64,000 bases of DNA from a virus (lineage: Duplodnaviria; Caudoviricetes), in the IMG/VR virus record IMGVR_UViG_3300027971_000001; one strand, given 5' to 3'. The notes below the pieces were generated by a model. It ran no database searches and had not been told where the DNA came from. It saw only the letters and a list, made by a program, of their open reading frames with translations. The translations under genes and the position numbers were made by a program. Shown here in pieces: positions 30,452 through 40,194 of this stretch (position 1 is its first letter; each line of letters starts with the position of its first letter).

Positions 30452-30808
30452 TTATTGACCAGGAGGTGTGGGCCAAACAACATCATCAGGAGAAGGAAAT
30501 GCTTCTGTTATATCCCGGAGTTTTTGACGATATTCCGCCCATGTCTGGCGATTTACAGGACTATCTGCACTTTGAGTCCAATCACTCTCTTGTAACAGAC
30601 GATTCCTTTTTTCCCGTATTACAGCCCATTTAAAATTTGTTTCATCTTGCGATAACAAATTATAAATTTCCGAAGATGATGGACGTGCATCATTTAGCAA
30701 CCATTTTGTTACAATATATTGGTTATTATAAGGCGACAAAACAAGTTCATAATCCCCAGCTTTGATGTTGGGATATTTGCGTTGAAGGGCTAGAAGTATT
30801 TTGTCCAT
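30452..30808 (-). CDS. Phage tail assembly chaperone
   Basis: WAVIREKRNRLLQESDWTQSAD...WAEYRQKLRDI...VVWPTPP. Confidence 0.85.
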   Translation of the reverse strand: MDKILLALQRKYPNIKAGDYELVLSPYNNQYIVTKWLLNDARPSSSEIYNLLSQDETNFKWAVIREKRNRLLQESDWTQSADSPVNRQTWAEYRQKLRDITEAFPSPDDVVWPTPPGQ

Positions 30809-30813
30809 AAATT

Positions 30814-32184
30814 TTATAATTTAAATGCTGCAAATCTTACATTAAATGCTTGGCTGCTTTCACCACTATAAGCTTGTGCTTGATTCACCTGCATTTCAAC
30901 ATATTCTCCTACACCCAATCCTGTAAGGGCAGTTACACTCATGTAAGCATCAATTCCGTTAACTGCAACTGTTGAAGAAGATTGAGCAACAGGAACTGCT
31001 GTTACTCCATTTTTGATAATTCTAAGATTTGAGGGATAATATGCCTGATTGTTTAATGTTGCTGCGTTAGCAACAATAAGATAATTACCTGCTTTTCCGG
31101 ATGGTATGGTTATGCGTGAATTATTGGAAGCAGGATCATGATATCCTGCACTATCAAAAAGATCTGCACCTGTGAGAGCTATGGTTGCGAATACTCCGGT
31201 TCCGTAACTTATATATTGATTGTTTTCACGTGTGGCAATAACACCTTCTGAAACATAAGCAGCCAAGCTTGTGAGTGTGGCTACTGTTGTCTTTTTATTG
31301 TCTTTTGCAACCGAATCATAAATCATCACTTCATCGCCTGCTGCAGGTGATGCTTTAAGAGTACGCCCTTGAATATCTGCACTGAGTGTTACAACACCAA
31401 GACCACCTGTTGAACTGGTAGCAACACCATTTTGAGCAACAATACGGCTCACTCCTGCAAAAGCACTCAAACCATAAACAGCGCCGGTACCAACTGAACT
31501 GAGTGTTTGCACATCCACCACGTCGCCTGTGGCAACTGGTTCATTCAATGTGATATTGAAACCATCGGTTGCTGTAAAATCGTAACTGTTTACAAGATGA
31601 GAACCGTTAAGATACACTGCAAGATTAGGTGCAGCATAACGAAGAGATGAACCGAAATCATCATTTCCTGTTATCGTTGTTGCACCGTTTGCAATGGTTG
31701 TGGGAACTGTATAACGAAAATTTGATTGAATGATGGTACCAGAACCGGTTAATGTTTGATTGACTGATACACCAGTTGCACTAAGAGCAACAATTTCAAC
31801 ACTGTCCCCGACATTCAATGTGCTAAGATTTCTTACTTGTGTGCTGTTAGTGGCGAGAAAGTCTAAACCTTCAATAAGGTGAGCACCGTTCCGATAAACT
31901 TCAATTTGTCCAGGAGTGTATGTTAGTGTTAAACCAAAATCATCTGCACCGCTGACTGCATTTACAGGACTTCCAGTTCCAATTGTATACCGATAACTTA
32001 CACGGCGAACACTGCCCAAACTTCCACCCGGTGTGAATCCTTTGCTTATGAGAAGACCGCTTATAGCAACTGTTAAACTGTCCAGATCTGTACGAATTTC
32101 ATCTAGTGCACGATAACCTACGACAAAGTCAGTTGCGGATAGGACTGTTTGGGGGGTAAATTGAGTAAAATTTTTGAGTGCCAT
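30814..32184 (-). CDS. Tail fibre/virion structural protein
   Basis: Two copies of L.Y....I/L.VY.NG.HL....DF.AT.G/N...GD.V.I/V, plus a C1q-like C-terminal domain (SRITIPSGKAGNYLI). Confidence 0.7.
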   Translation of the reverse strand: MALKNFTQFTPQTVLSATDFVVGYRALDEIRTDLDSLTVAISGLLISKGFTPGGSLGSVRRVSYRYTIGTGSPVNAVSGADDFGLTLTYTPGQIEVYRNGAHLIEGLDFLATNSTQVRNLSTLNVGDSVEIVALSATGVSVNQTLTGSGTIIQSNFRYTVPTTIANGATTITGNDDFGSSLRYAAPNLAVYLNGSHLVNSYDFTATDGFNITLNEPVATGDVVDVQTLSSVGTGAVYGLSAFAGVSRIVAQNGVATSSTGGLGVVTLSADIQGRTLKASPAAGDEVMIYDSVAKDNKKTTVATLTSLAAYVSEGVIATRENNQYISYGTGVFATIALTGADLFDSAGYHDPASNNSRITIPSGKAGNYLIVANAATLNNQAYYPSNLRIIKNGVTAVPVAQSSSTVAVNGIDAYMSVTALTGLGVGEYVEMQVNQAQAYSGESSQAFNVRFAAFKL

Positions 32185-32222
32185 TCTTTTATTATTTATT
32201 CCAACGGCAACATTATTTTATA

Positions 32223-33356
32223 TTAAAAACCAATCCTTTTCTTTTCTTTTTCTTGTGACTTTTCCTCCATACCACCCTCTTCATTATATATTTCGGCAAG
32301 AGTCATGTTTTTATCCGCTTTTCTTTTGCTTCCTATTTTTTGCAAAATAATATTGGCTTGATCTGCTGTTAATTCATCAAAATGATGTTCTGCCACAAGA
32401 CGACCTTTTCGGATAAGAGCCTTGTCTATTTTTTCACGGGGCGTATTGAAAGTGGCTATGATAAAGAGATTTAAGCAATCTCCAAGAAAACCATCTGTAA
32501 GATTCAAAATATTGCTTACCCCTTCAGGATTGCTTCCTTCACCTTCCCTGCTCCGTATCACTTTTTCAGCATCTTCAATAAGCAAAATGCTGTTTTTATG
32601 ATCCAGCATAAAATTCAAAAATCCAGGTGTTGTGATAATATCTACAGTACCGGGTGGAACAAAAATAATCTTTTTATCAATATTCATTGCCAAATTTTTA
32701 ACAATTGTTGTTTTACCACTTCCTGGAACTCCTGAAAAAAGAACTAATCCGCTTTTTTTATCATTTCTTAATTTTTGCAAAATATTATCATATTTTTTTA
32801 CAAATTCTTTTCCATAATTCAATTCAATATCAATATCATGGTTTGGAAGTTTAATATCAAATTTTTTCAGATATGTTCCTTCAATTCCATCCTGACAAAT
32901 CAAAAACACATTTCCTTTTTTAATGTTTTCTTTATATTCAAACATTCCTCTAATTTCTTCCAATGTAGTAATGTCCGTATATAAAATCTGCACCCAAAAA
33001 CTTTTGTTCTGCATCTTTTCCTCAAACGTTTCATTGTTTGCAGTTGAAGGTATATAATCATCATCGTCATCTTTTGTGCAATCCAAACAAACCAATGCAT
33101 CTTTGTACACATAGTAAATCTGGGTTGTAAAAATGTCCCTTTTATCATTTTTTTTGCTACGATAATCCATTTTACTATCGAATATTTTTTCAGCCTTTTT
33201 CTTTTCCAATTTTTGAACAATAGTTTCATCCACCAATATGTTGTTGAGTTTAAAAACCAATGGTTGCTGTTTGAATCTGTGGGTATAATAATAAAACGCA
33301 TTAAATGGATTATATCCAGAATTGCTGCGTGAATATGGCTGATAAGATTCTGACAT
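32223..33356 (-). CDS. AAA+ ATPase (BCS1-like)
   Basis: GVPGSGKTT, LLIEDAE, NILNLTDG, IIATFN, ALIRKGRL. Confidence 0.9.
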   Translation of the reverse strand: MSESYQPYSRSNSGYNPFNAFYYYTHRFKQQPLVFKLNNILVDETIVQKLEKKKAEKIFDSKMDYRSKKNDKRDIFTTQIYYVYKDALVCLDCTKDDDDDYIPSTANNETFEEKMQNKSFWVQILYTDITTLEEIRGMFEYKENIKKGNVFLICQDGIEGTYLKKFDIKLPNHDIDIELNYGKEFVKKYDNILQKLRNDKKSGLVLFSGVPGSGKTTIVKNLAMNIDKKIIFVPPGTVDIITTPGFLNFMLDHKNSILLIEDAEKVIRSREGEGSNPEGVSNILNLTDGFLGDCLNLFIIATFNTPREKIDKALIRKGRLVAEHHFDELTADQANIILQKIGSKRKADKNMTLAEIYNEEGGMEEKSQEKEKKRIGF

Positions 33357-33540
33357 AACTGTATTTAACTATTGTAAATAGTTGTGTGAAAAAGTCAAAA
33401 AAGAAGCGCAAAATCGTGCCATTCAAGTATTTTGTAAAGAATAGAGGATTTGATGCAACCACCATGCCCAACACCGCATTTTTGCCTGCAGCTGCAGGAA
33501 GCATGCAACCTAGTCTTTAGTGTTGACAAAACTATAATTT

Positions 33541-33548
33541 TATAAATA
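33541..33548 (+). promoter_or_regulatory. T4-type late promoter TATAAATA
   Basis: Exact motif 9 nt before ATG 33558. Confidence 0.7.
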
Positions 33549-33557
33549 ATAACAAGT

Positions 33558-35261
33558 ATGCGTGGGGATTTACAAAATATAAAGGAAAGCTATGAGCGAA
33601 ACATATTGCGGGAAAATGTGGATCGTTTGGAATTCTTAAAAAACAAATATCTTCCATTATTTTACGCCAAGCTTTTGCACATATGGCCAGAAGAAAGCAA
33701 TCTGCCCAGCAATTATGAAGACTTCAAAAAAGGAACAGAAACAAATCCCAAATACAAAACTTATCTGGAATTTCTGAGTGAAACCATAGACAATCTGATA
33801 GGAGCAGATCCTTTCAGTAAAGTTGATATTGAAAAGGGTGCGGGTTATGCCGGTCAATATAGTGAATGGATTCTTAAAACATTTTTGAAAAAGTTTGATG
33901 AAAAAGGTGAAGGCGCAGGAAAAACCATCAATCATATTCGTCGTTTCATGAATGAAGATCTCTACAAACTAAACAGCGATCTGAAAATTTACGACAAAAA
34001 CAAAAGCAAAGTATCCTTGAATAAAAAGAATGTGCGAGATATCAATCAAGTTCCTGATTTCAATACTCTTTTTTATATCATCAAACCTTTCATTCCAAAA
34101 CATCAGGAAGAAGATATTAAAGACAAAAGCAAAGTGCGAATTCTTTTGGATAATAGCCAATATTTCGTAGGTGTTCCTTTGACACTTTCTGCATCACAAA
34201 GTCTAGGAAACAATACCCGTTGGTGTACGGCTGCTCGAAGTGATAATAATACATATTATGATTCATATACCAAGGACGGTCCTCTTTATATTGTATTCGT
34301 CAAAAACAAAGGTGAATTGACCAAATATCAATTTCATTTTCCCAGTGGTCAATACATGGACTCGGATGATCGATCTATTGATGTTTTTGAATTTTTTAGC
34401 AATCACCCCGTCATAGGAAAAGTCATATTGGATGATTATGAAAAAACAGATCCGGATGAAAACGATTTGAGAAAAGCAAAATTGTTAACAGGTGGATTGG
34501 ATATACTGGATAAAGAACCAGATGAATTTTTCCAGAATCTTTCTGCTCGAAACATTATCACCATGGTTGTTCAAGGACAATTGGATCTGGGAAGATTAAA
34601 CAAAGGATTAGGTATTCTTTCAAAAGCTTTTGATAACCAGGCAACATTCACAGATGAAGGATTGGAATTGACAATAATCAAAAATGAAACAGATGAATTT
34701 CTTGAGGATTTTTACAATTATGGAATTAACAGGGTAATTCAGGGTTTTCTTTACAACCCTGTCAGTGTATTTTTTGATGGTAACGAAGATCAGGAAATGG
34801 TTCCGTTTGTTTTAAACAGTATTTTAAGTCCAAAACAAAAACAAAATACAGAACGAGTGTTTTCGGATATTGGTGAAAATCCAGAATCATCTGATGAATT
34901 TTATAGTATTTGCAGAAATGTTTTGAATAGTCATATCAAAAAAACGGCATCTCAATATTTGAAAAATACAGTGCTTGATACTTTTAAAAGCCGAGGAATT
35001 ATTTTCAATAAAAAAGGAAGAAAGAATCAATTGATCATTCCTTTCGATTCTCTTCTTGATGTTTTTGAAGAAGGTGACACTGCTACCTTTTTCAATATAT
35101 TGGAAAATCCTTCATACTATGCAAAACTTGGGCAATTGATACCAGATGTTTCCAATGATCAAATTGAAGAAGAAAAGAATAACTTCATAGATTTTGTTTC
35201 GCAAAATATTGATCGTAAACAAATTGCAGATGATATTATTAAAAAGGTAGATAAACATTAA
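33558..35261 (+). CDS. Large hypothetical protein with a PcfJ-like W-C-T domain
   Basis: GNNTRWCTAA...YYDSY...GPLYI...KYQFHF...YMD. Confidence 0.6.
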   Translation: MRGDLQNIKESYERNILRENVDRLEFLKNKYLPLFYAKLLHIWPEESNLPSNYEDFKKGTETNPKYKTYLEFLSETIDNLIGADPFSKVDIEKGAGYAGQYSEWILKTFLKKFDEKGEGAGKTINHIRRFMNEDLYKLNSDLKIYDKNKSKVSLNKKNVRDINQVPDFNTLFYIIKPFIPKHQEEDIKDKSKVRILLDNSQYFVGVPLTLSASQSLGNNTRWCTAARSDNNTYYDSYTKDGPLYIVFVKNKGELTKYQFHFPSGQYMDSDDRSIDVFEFFSNHPVIGKVILDDYEKTDPDENDLRKAKLLTGGLDILDKEPDEFFQNLSARNIITMVVQGQLDLGRLNKGLGILSKAFDNQATFTDEGLELTIIKNETDEFLEDFYNYGINRVIQGFLYNPVSVFFDGNEDQEMVPFVLNSILSPKQKQNTERVFSDIGENPESSDEFYSICRNVLNSHIKKTASQYLKNTVLDTFKSRGIIFNKKGRKNQLIIPFDSLLDVFEEGDTATFFNILENPSYYAKLGQLIPDVSNDQIEEEKNNFIDFVSQNIDRKQIADDIIKKVDKH

Positions 35262-35273
35262 ATAATATATAAT

Positions 35274-35480
35274 ATGAAAATATTAAATGACTTGGCTAAT
35301 CTTGCTGACACAGTTCGTTGGACTATCGTTTGGAAGATCGAAGATCTGAAAAATGCTGTTCTCGCACTGATTCCTTCTAAAAAAGAATTAATCGACAATG
35401 ATTATTTCATTGATGAAGCACCTGTTAAAAAGACAGTCAAAAAGTCCACAAAAAAGAAAACTAAAAAAAGCAAGAAATAA
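35274..35480 (+). CDS. Small protein with a Lys-rich tail
   Basis: 68 aa ending KKTVKKSTKKKTKKSKK; TAAATA upstream. Confidence 0.6.
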   Translation: MKILNDLANLADTVRWTIVWKIEDLKNAVLALIPSKKELIDNDYFIDEAPVKKTVKKSTKKKTKKSKK

Positions 35481-35924
35481 ATGAATTTTCCGAATTTTTC
35501 GGAAGTTGTTAAAATTGCAAAACGCCGGAGTGCCGGTGGTATTCTTTTCGATAAGAACAAAAACATCGTTCTTGTGCAAGAACGGGATGGTTCGTGGAGT
35601 TTTCCTAAAGGTGGAATAGATGATGGTGAATCACCTATGAGTGCGGCTGTGCGGGAGATAAAAGAAGAAACGGGCATACGTTCCCTTTATCCTATCAGAT
35701 CTTTAGGACAATATTATCGACCCACACGCAAAGGAAAAAAGAGAATGGTGTTTATGTATTTGTTTCAAGTGGAAAATCAAAAACTTCAACCTTTGGACAG
35801 AAACAATCCTAGGGCAGAATTTTTTCCTTTTAATAAAGCCATAAACAAATTGGATATTCCTAGTGATAGTGCTTTTTTAAAAAATAATGAAATTGTAATA
35901 GATAATTATTTGAAAAATAATTAA
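35481..35924 (+). CDS. NUDIX hydrolase
   Basis: Nudix box GGIDDGESPMSAAVREIKEETG. Confidence 0.92.
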   Translation: MNFPNFSEVVKIAKRRSAGGILFDKNKNIVLVQERDGSWSFPKGGIDDGESPMSAAVREIKEETGIRSLYPIRSLGQYYRPTRKGKKRMVFMYLFQVENQKLQPLDRNNPRAEFFPFNKAINKLDIPSDSAFLKNNEIVIDNYLKNN

Positions 35925-35960
35925 ATCTTGATTTTATTTCTGTTTATATAAAATACTCTA

Positions 35961-36242
35961 ATGAAAATACTTGAGAAGAGTTTTGAGCGTAAGAAATTTC
36001 AATACGATCAAATTTATCGAAAAGGTAATTTGGCAATTTATACACAAAAAAATGTAGAATATGGAAGCTTGACATATGAAGCCATCATTATAAAATCACA
36101 TAATGGTTATGAAATTATGGGAACCAAGATTCCTCCTTCAGAAGTTTATCCTTGTGACAGTCAATGGGGTGATTTTGGATGGTCATACCAAACATTAGAA
36201 GAAGCAAAAAACAAAATAAAAGAACTGGAGGAAGCAAAATGA
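35961..36242 (+). CDS. Hypothetical protein
   Basis: 93 aa, EVYP.DSQWG..GW; TAAAAT 6 nt before the ATG. Confidence 0.6.
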   Translation: MKILEKSFERKKFQYDQIYRKGNLAIYTQKNVEYGSLTYEAIIIKSHNGYEIMGTKIPPSEVYPCDSQWGDFGWSYQTLEEAKNKIKELEEAK

Positions 36243-36439
36243 AAGTTGGTAAAATTAAAAAAATAACAATGTATCGGGTAGACTTTGACAATGTGTCACC
36301 GGAAGAACAAAAAACCATCACTGATTATGGTCGGCAAGTGATTACAGAAGAACAGTATTTTGAAATTGGCGCAGTAAAAGCATTGGAGAATTTCACGGCT
36401 GCCTCTAAGAAAAAGAAACGTACCAAACGCATAAACTAG
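36239..36439 (+). CDS. Hypothetical protein
   Basis: ATGA overlap with the previous gene (MKVGKIKK...). Confidence 0.5.
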   Translation: MKVGKIKKITMYRVDFDNVSPEEQKTITDYGRQVITEEQYFEIGAVKALENFTAASKKKKRTKRIN

Positions 36440-36463
36440 TATCTGTAATAGTCCTTATATAAA

Positions 36464-36500
36464 AAAATACCCAGATGGTTTTTTGCCATCTGGGTATTTT
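36464..36500. terminator. Bidirectional intrinsic terminator
   Basis: AAAATACCCAGATGG / CCATCTGGGTATTTT 15-bp inverted repeat between convergent genes. Confidence 0.9.
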
Positions 36501-36514
36501 CTTTTAGACTGATA

Positions 36515-36811
36515 TTACTGATTGAAATCGCCTAGATCACGGTGAAAGGTATATTCACCGGGCTTGGCAACCAGAACATCATAACCGGATTCAACTTCAT
36601 CAGCCATTGCCAGAAACGGAGATGCAACGGCAAAAAGACCGAAACCAGCGACGGTTCCAGCAACGCCAAGAGGACGCACAACCAAAAGATCGGCTGTGGC
36701 CAAGAAAGCGCCTTCTGCTGTCACTTCATCCGAATCGGTGGTACCATTGTCTGCATAAGACAAGGTGGCTGCAAGCATCAATACCGATACGAGTGTGAGT
36801 ACTTTATTCAT
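36515..36811 (-). CDS. Host-like small membrane/secreted protein
   Basis: Signal peptide, then DLLVVRPLG...SPF...LVAKPGEYTFHRDLG; start refined to ATG 36811. Confidence 0.6.
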   Translation of the reverse strand: MNKVLTLVSVLMLAATLSYADNGTTDSDEVTAEGAFLATADLLVVRPLGVAGTVAGFGLFAVASPFLAMADEVESGYDVLVAKPGEYTFHRDLGDFNQ

Positions 36812-36839
36812 ATAGATAATTACCAAACCAACAGCTTTT

Positions 36840-37217
36840 TCAACTGTATTTTTTAATACATTTACGAGCATCTTTTTCGTTGATTCCGCTCATATGACTC
36901 ATTATTTTATTAAAAGTTTTTATATTTTTTAAATAACGTTTGGCTTGGCTAAGTTTATATTTTTCAAAACTATCCAATTTCTTTTTTTGTTTTGACAATA
37001 AATCAGGAGCTTTTTCTGTTTTGGTTTCTTCAGACTCGTCTGCAAGCTTTCCATCACCGCCAGTGGCTTTATCTATGGCTTTTCCCCTGGCAATTTCATA
37101 ACCACTCAGTTTTCCGTCTTTGTTTAAATCGGATTTTTTTACATCAATAGCATCTTCATCAGTAGCTTTAACCGTCTTATATTTTTCCAAAATAAGATCA
37201 ATTTCGTTATTCAGCAT
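36840..37217 (-). CDS. Hypothetical late protein with an EF-hand-like DLNKDGKLSGYE motif
   Basis: 125 aa; TAAATA 5 nt upstream. Confidence 0.6.
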   Translation of the reverse strand: MLNNEIDLILEKYKTVKATDEDAIDVKKSDLNKDGKLSGYEIARGKAIDKATGGDGKLADESEETKTEKAPDLLSKQKKKLDSFEKYKLSQAKRYLKNIKTFNKIMSHMSGINEKDARKCIKKYS

Positions 37218-37283
37218 ATTATTATTTATAAAACATGGGTTTCTGTTGTTGATTTATGGCTTCATTATTTTATAAATAGTTGT

Positions 37284-38351
37284 ATGCCTTTTGGTCGTGA
37301 TCATCAACTTATTTTTGAAAAATATCTTACTCTGACAGAGAAGGTTACGTTGGAAAATATTCTTAACCTTTTACAGAATAAAAATGAAAAGATAGCGGCC
37401 AAACTGCTTGAAATGGATAAAACAGCAAGCAAAGGACATGTTCTTAAATTGGCAAAATTCTTTAATGAAACACAAAATTTGGATGTCTTATCCGAATATT
37501 ATAAAAAGTTTTTGGAACTGAAAAAGCGTAACCGTATAGAAGACATAACTCGTTTCAAATCATTCAGCGAAATGGAACATGCAATTGATGCAATGGAAAC
37601 AAAGGTTAATCTTTCCATGCCTGAAGAGGTTGGTGATGCTGAGAAACCTCTTTACGAGGATGAAAACATCAAAGTTTTTGGTGCAGAGAATCGGGCCAAA
37701 TGTGTAAAACTAGGAAGCAATTATAGTTTTTGTATCAGCCGTCCCGGATCAGGAAATCTTTATTCGAGTTATCGTTTAAGAGATCAATCAAGTTTTTATT
37801 TTGTTCGTTTGAAAAAACGCACTGATGAAAAAAAGAATAATGATTATGTTGATCCTGCACATTTGATGGTCATTGATGCTTTGCCTAAAGGTGAATATAA
37901 CTGGACATGGGCAGATAATGGTAGTCAGGGTCATGGAACAACAAGAGTTACCAAAGAACAGGCAATCAAAGAATTTCCAGAATTGAAACCTGCTTTTGAC
38001 AAAATTATAACTGCAAAACCTTTAACTCGGGACGAAAAAAGCAAAATCGAAAAATTTAATGAATTGGCGAATGACTTCGATGCAAATACTTTCAACAGTT
38101 TGAAATATCCTGAAAAAGAAGAATTCATACAACAAGGTGGTGCTAAACTTCCTTTTGATGCGTGGAAAACTCTTGATAAAAATCTTCGAAATGAATATTT
38201 GAAAGTTGTTGAAGATTTTGATTCAAAAATATTTCAGGATCTTAAAGAAAATGAAAAAAAGGTTTTTGAAAAACAAATTCAAAAAAGTGCAGAAGCTGCA
38301 TTCCAATATTTTCTTTATTTGGACGATTTAATCGAAAAAGATGAAAAATGA
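37284..38351 (+). CDS. Hypothetical late protein, related to the 33558 protein (FCIS motif)
   Basis: DITRFKSF, CVKLGSNYSFCISR...Y..Y; TATAAATA at 37271-37278. Confidence 0.65.
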   Translation: MPFGRDHQLIFEKYLTLTEKVTLENILNLLQNKNEKIAAKLLEMDKTASKGHVLKLAKFFNETQNLDVLSEYYKKFLELKKRNRIEDITRFKSFSEMEHAIDAMETKVNLSMPEEVGDAEKPLYEDENIKVFGAENRAKCVKLGSNYSFCISRPGSGNLYSSYRLRDQSSFYFVRLKKRTDEKKNNDYVDPAHLMVIDALPKGEYNWTWADNGSQGHGTTRVTKEQAIKEFPELKPAFDKIITAKPLTRDEKSKIEKFNELANDFDANTFNSLKYPEKEEFIQQGGAKLPFDAWKTLDKNLRNEYLKVVEDFDSKIFQDLKENEKKVFEKQIQKSAEAAFQYFLYLDDLIEKDEK

Positions 38352-39441
38352 TACACAACAGGATCTGCTTGATAGCATAGCAAAAGATCCTTATGTGGCC
38401 ATGCGTTTTGCCCGACGCATGCGTTCCCAAGGAAAATCAGTTCCGGATATTATTCTGAAATCAATTGTTAGTGAACCTGTGGCAGGATCTAATTTTGCTT
38501 TGGAATTGGCCATGGGTGATTACATTTTGGTGGGCCAATCTGTGCCTGAACTATTGTTGAATAAAATCGTTACAAATCCTAAAAATTCATATTATATTGC
38601 AAAATATTATAAAAAACATAATCAACAAATACCAGACAGAGTTTTAAAAAGCATACAAAAATCACCATTTGCAGGATTATCATTTGATGAAAATGAAGAA
38701 CAATCAAACGAACCTATCATTAAAAAACAATTGTTGCAAAAAATTCTAAACGATCCGAATTATTCCCTTCGATATGTAAAGGTTCTAGCTCAAAACGAAA
38801 GACCAATTCCTGCTAGTGTAGAAGATTCATTTGCCCAATTTCCTGTAGCTGCTACCGAATATGCAACAATAGTAGTCTCCAACGATGGAAAGGTTTCACA
38901 AAAAATATTAGATATTATAAAAAAAGATAAGGATCAAAGTTTTAATTTTGCTAATGGTATACTTGATGCAGCACAAAAGGTTGCTCCTTTGGAAATAATA
39001 AATTCCTTGGCAAGAGATTCATCTCTCGCAGCATCATATGGAATAAAATTTATAAAAATACACGAAAAAGATAAAAAAATTCTGGACATCCTGGAGAATG
39101 GAATTGTAAAAGGAAAAATATCTACTTATAAAAGTGTTGATGCGGAAAGATCTGAAAATGCGTCAAAATATGTTATGGCCTATGTGAATTCCACTGGTGA
39201 ATTGCCTGGAAAAGCTGTGCTTCAATTAACCAATCCAAGCTCTCTTGTTATTGTCAGTAATATGCTTTTGTCTCAAAACAAACAGATTCCACAGGAAATT
39301 ATAGATACAATTGCCAAAAATGGTACTGCATCATATGCATTTACTGCCCGATATAAAATGATAAAAGGTGGAAAAACACTTCCCAGCATTTATAAAAAAA
39401 TTCAGGATAGTGCTGACAAATACGACAAAGAAAGTATTTAA
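38341..39441 (+). CDS. Helical repeat protein (about 29-aa repeats)
   Basis: Repeated P..il.sI..dP..s..ya. Confidence 0.7.
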   Translation: MKNDTQQDLLDSIAKDPYVAMRFARRMRSQGKSVPDIILKSIVSEPVAGSNFALELAMGDYILVGQSVPELLLNKIVTNPKNSYYIAKYYKKHNQQIPDRVLKSIQKSPFAGLSFDENEEQSNEPIIKKQLLQKILNDPNYSLRYVKVLAQNERPIPASVEDSFAQFPVAATEYATIVVSNDGKVSQKILDIIKKDKDQSFNFANGILDAAQKVAPLEIINSLARDSSLAASYGIKFIKIHEKDKKILDILENGIVKGKISTYKSVDAERSENASKYVMAYVNSTGELPGKAVLQLTNPSSLVIVSNMLLSQNKQIPQEIIDTIAKNGTASYAFTARYKMIKGGKTLPSIYKKIQDSADKYDKESI

Positions 39442-39481
39442 AATAAATTGATTTTCCTTGGCAACCTGTAAAATAAGGGTT

Positions 39482-39991
39482 GTGAAAAGACTATCTTTGG
39501 AAAAGAATGTGGATCGGGATTATTTGTTAAACAATTATTTTTATAATCCCGATACAGGTAAAATTTGTCGTATATGTAATTTTTTTAATAATAAAATAAT
39601 GTATCCTATTAAGACATTGAATTCTTCTGGTTATTCAACCATTAAAGTTTGTGGTCAAAACTATCAAACTCATCATGTAGCATTTTATATGATGCATGGA
39701 TTTCTTCCTCGTTTACCTTATACGATTGATCATATTAATGGAAATAGATCTGATAATCGATTAAAAAATTTAAGAATTGCTAATAAAACTTTACAAAACA
39801 TTAATAGAAAAAAACAAAGAGGAGCACATTTTCACAAATCAAAAGGTGTTTGGATATCCCAAATACAAATTAATAGGAAAAAATATCATCTGGGATGTTT
39901 TATCACCAGAAAAGAAGCATATATAGCTTATAATAAAGCTTTGCGCATGTTTAAAATGCCCAGAGACTGTTTTAATAAAATAAAAAAATGA
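39482..39991 (+). CDS. HNH homing endonuclease
   Basis: IDHINGNRSDNRLKNLR with an AP2-like C-terminus; start refined to GTG 39482. Confidence 0.85.
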   Translation: MKRLSLEKNVDRDYLLNNYFYNPDTGKICRICNFFNNKIMYPIKTLNSSGYSTIKVCGQNYQTHHVAFYMMHGFLPRLPYTIDHINGNRSDNRLKNLRIANKTLQNINRKKQRGAHFHKSKGVWISQIQINRKKYHLGCFITRKEAYIAYNKALRMFKMPRDCFNKIKK

Positions 39992-40194
39992 AGAAGACAA
40001 TTGAATATGACAATTATGATTATGGTGTGATTCTATTATTACAATCATATTTGGAACGTCTTATGGAAGAACAGCCCAATTTGAATTCTTTAAAAAACAA
40101 ATATTACCAAGAACCTTATGAAAAAGGTCAACAAAGCATACTCAAATTCAATAAAGCATTCGGAGAAATGCTTGAAACCTTCAATACAAAATGA
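39988..40194 (+). CDS. Hypothetical protein
   Basis: 68 aa; ATGA overlaps on both sides. Confidence 0.45.
   Translation: MKKTIEYDNYDYGVILLLQSYLERLMEEQPNLNSLKNKYYQEPYEKGQQSILKFNKAFGEMLETFNTK

Noticed and set aside
38330-38351. Programmed frameshift fusing 37284-38351 to 38341-39441
   Set aside because: No X-XXY-YYZ slippery heptamer or downstream stem; the 11-nt overlap is explained by translational coupling.
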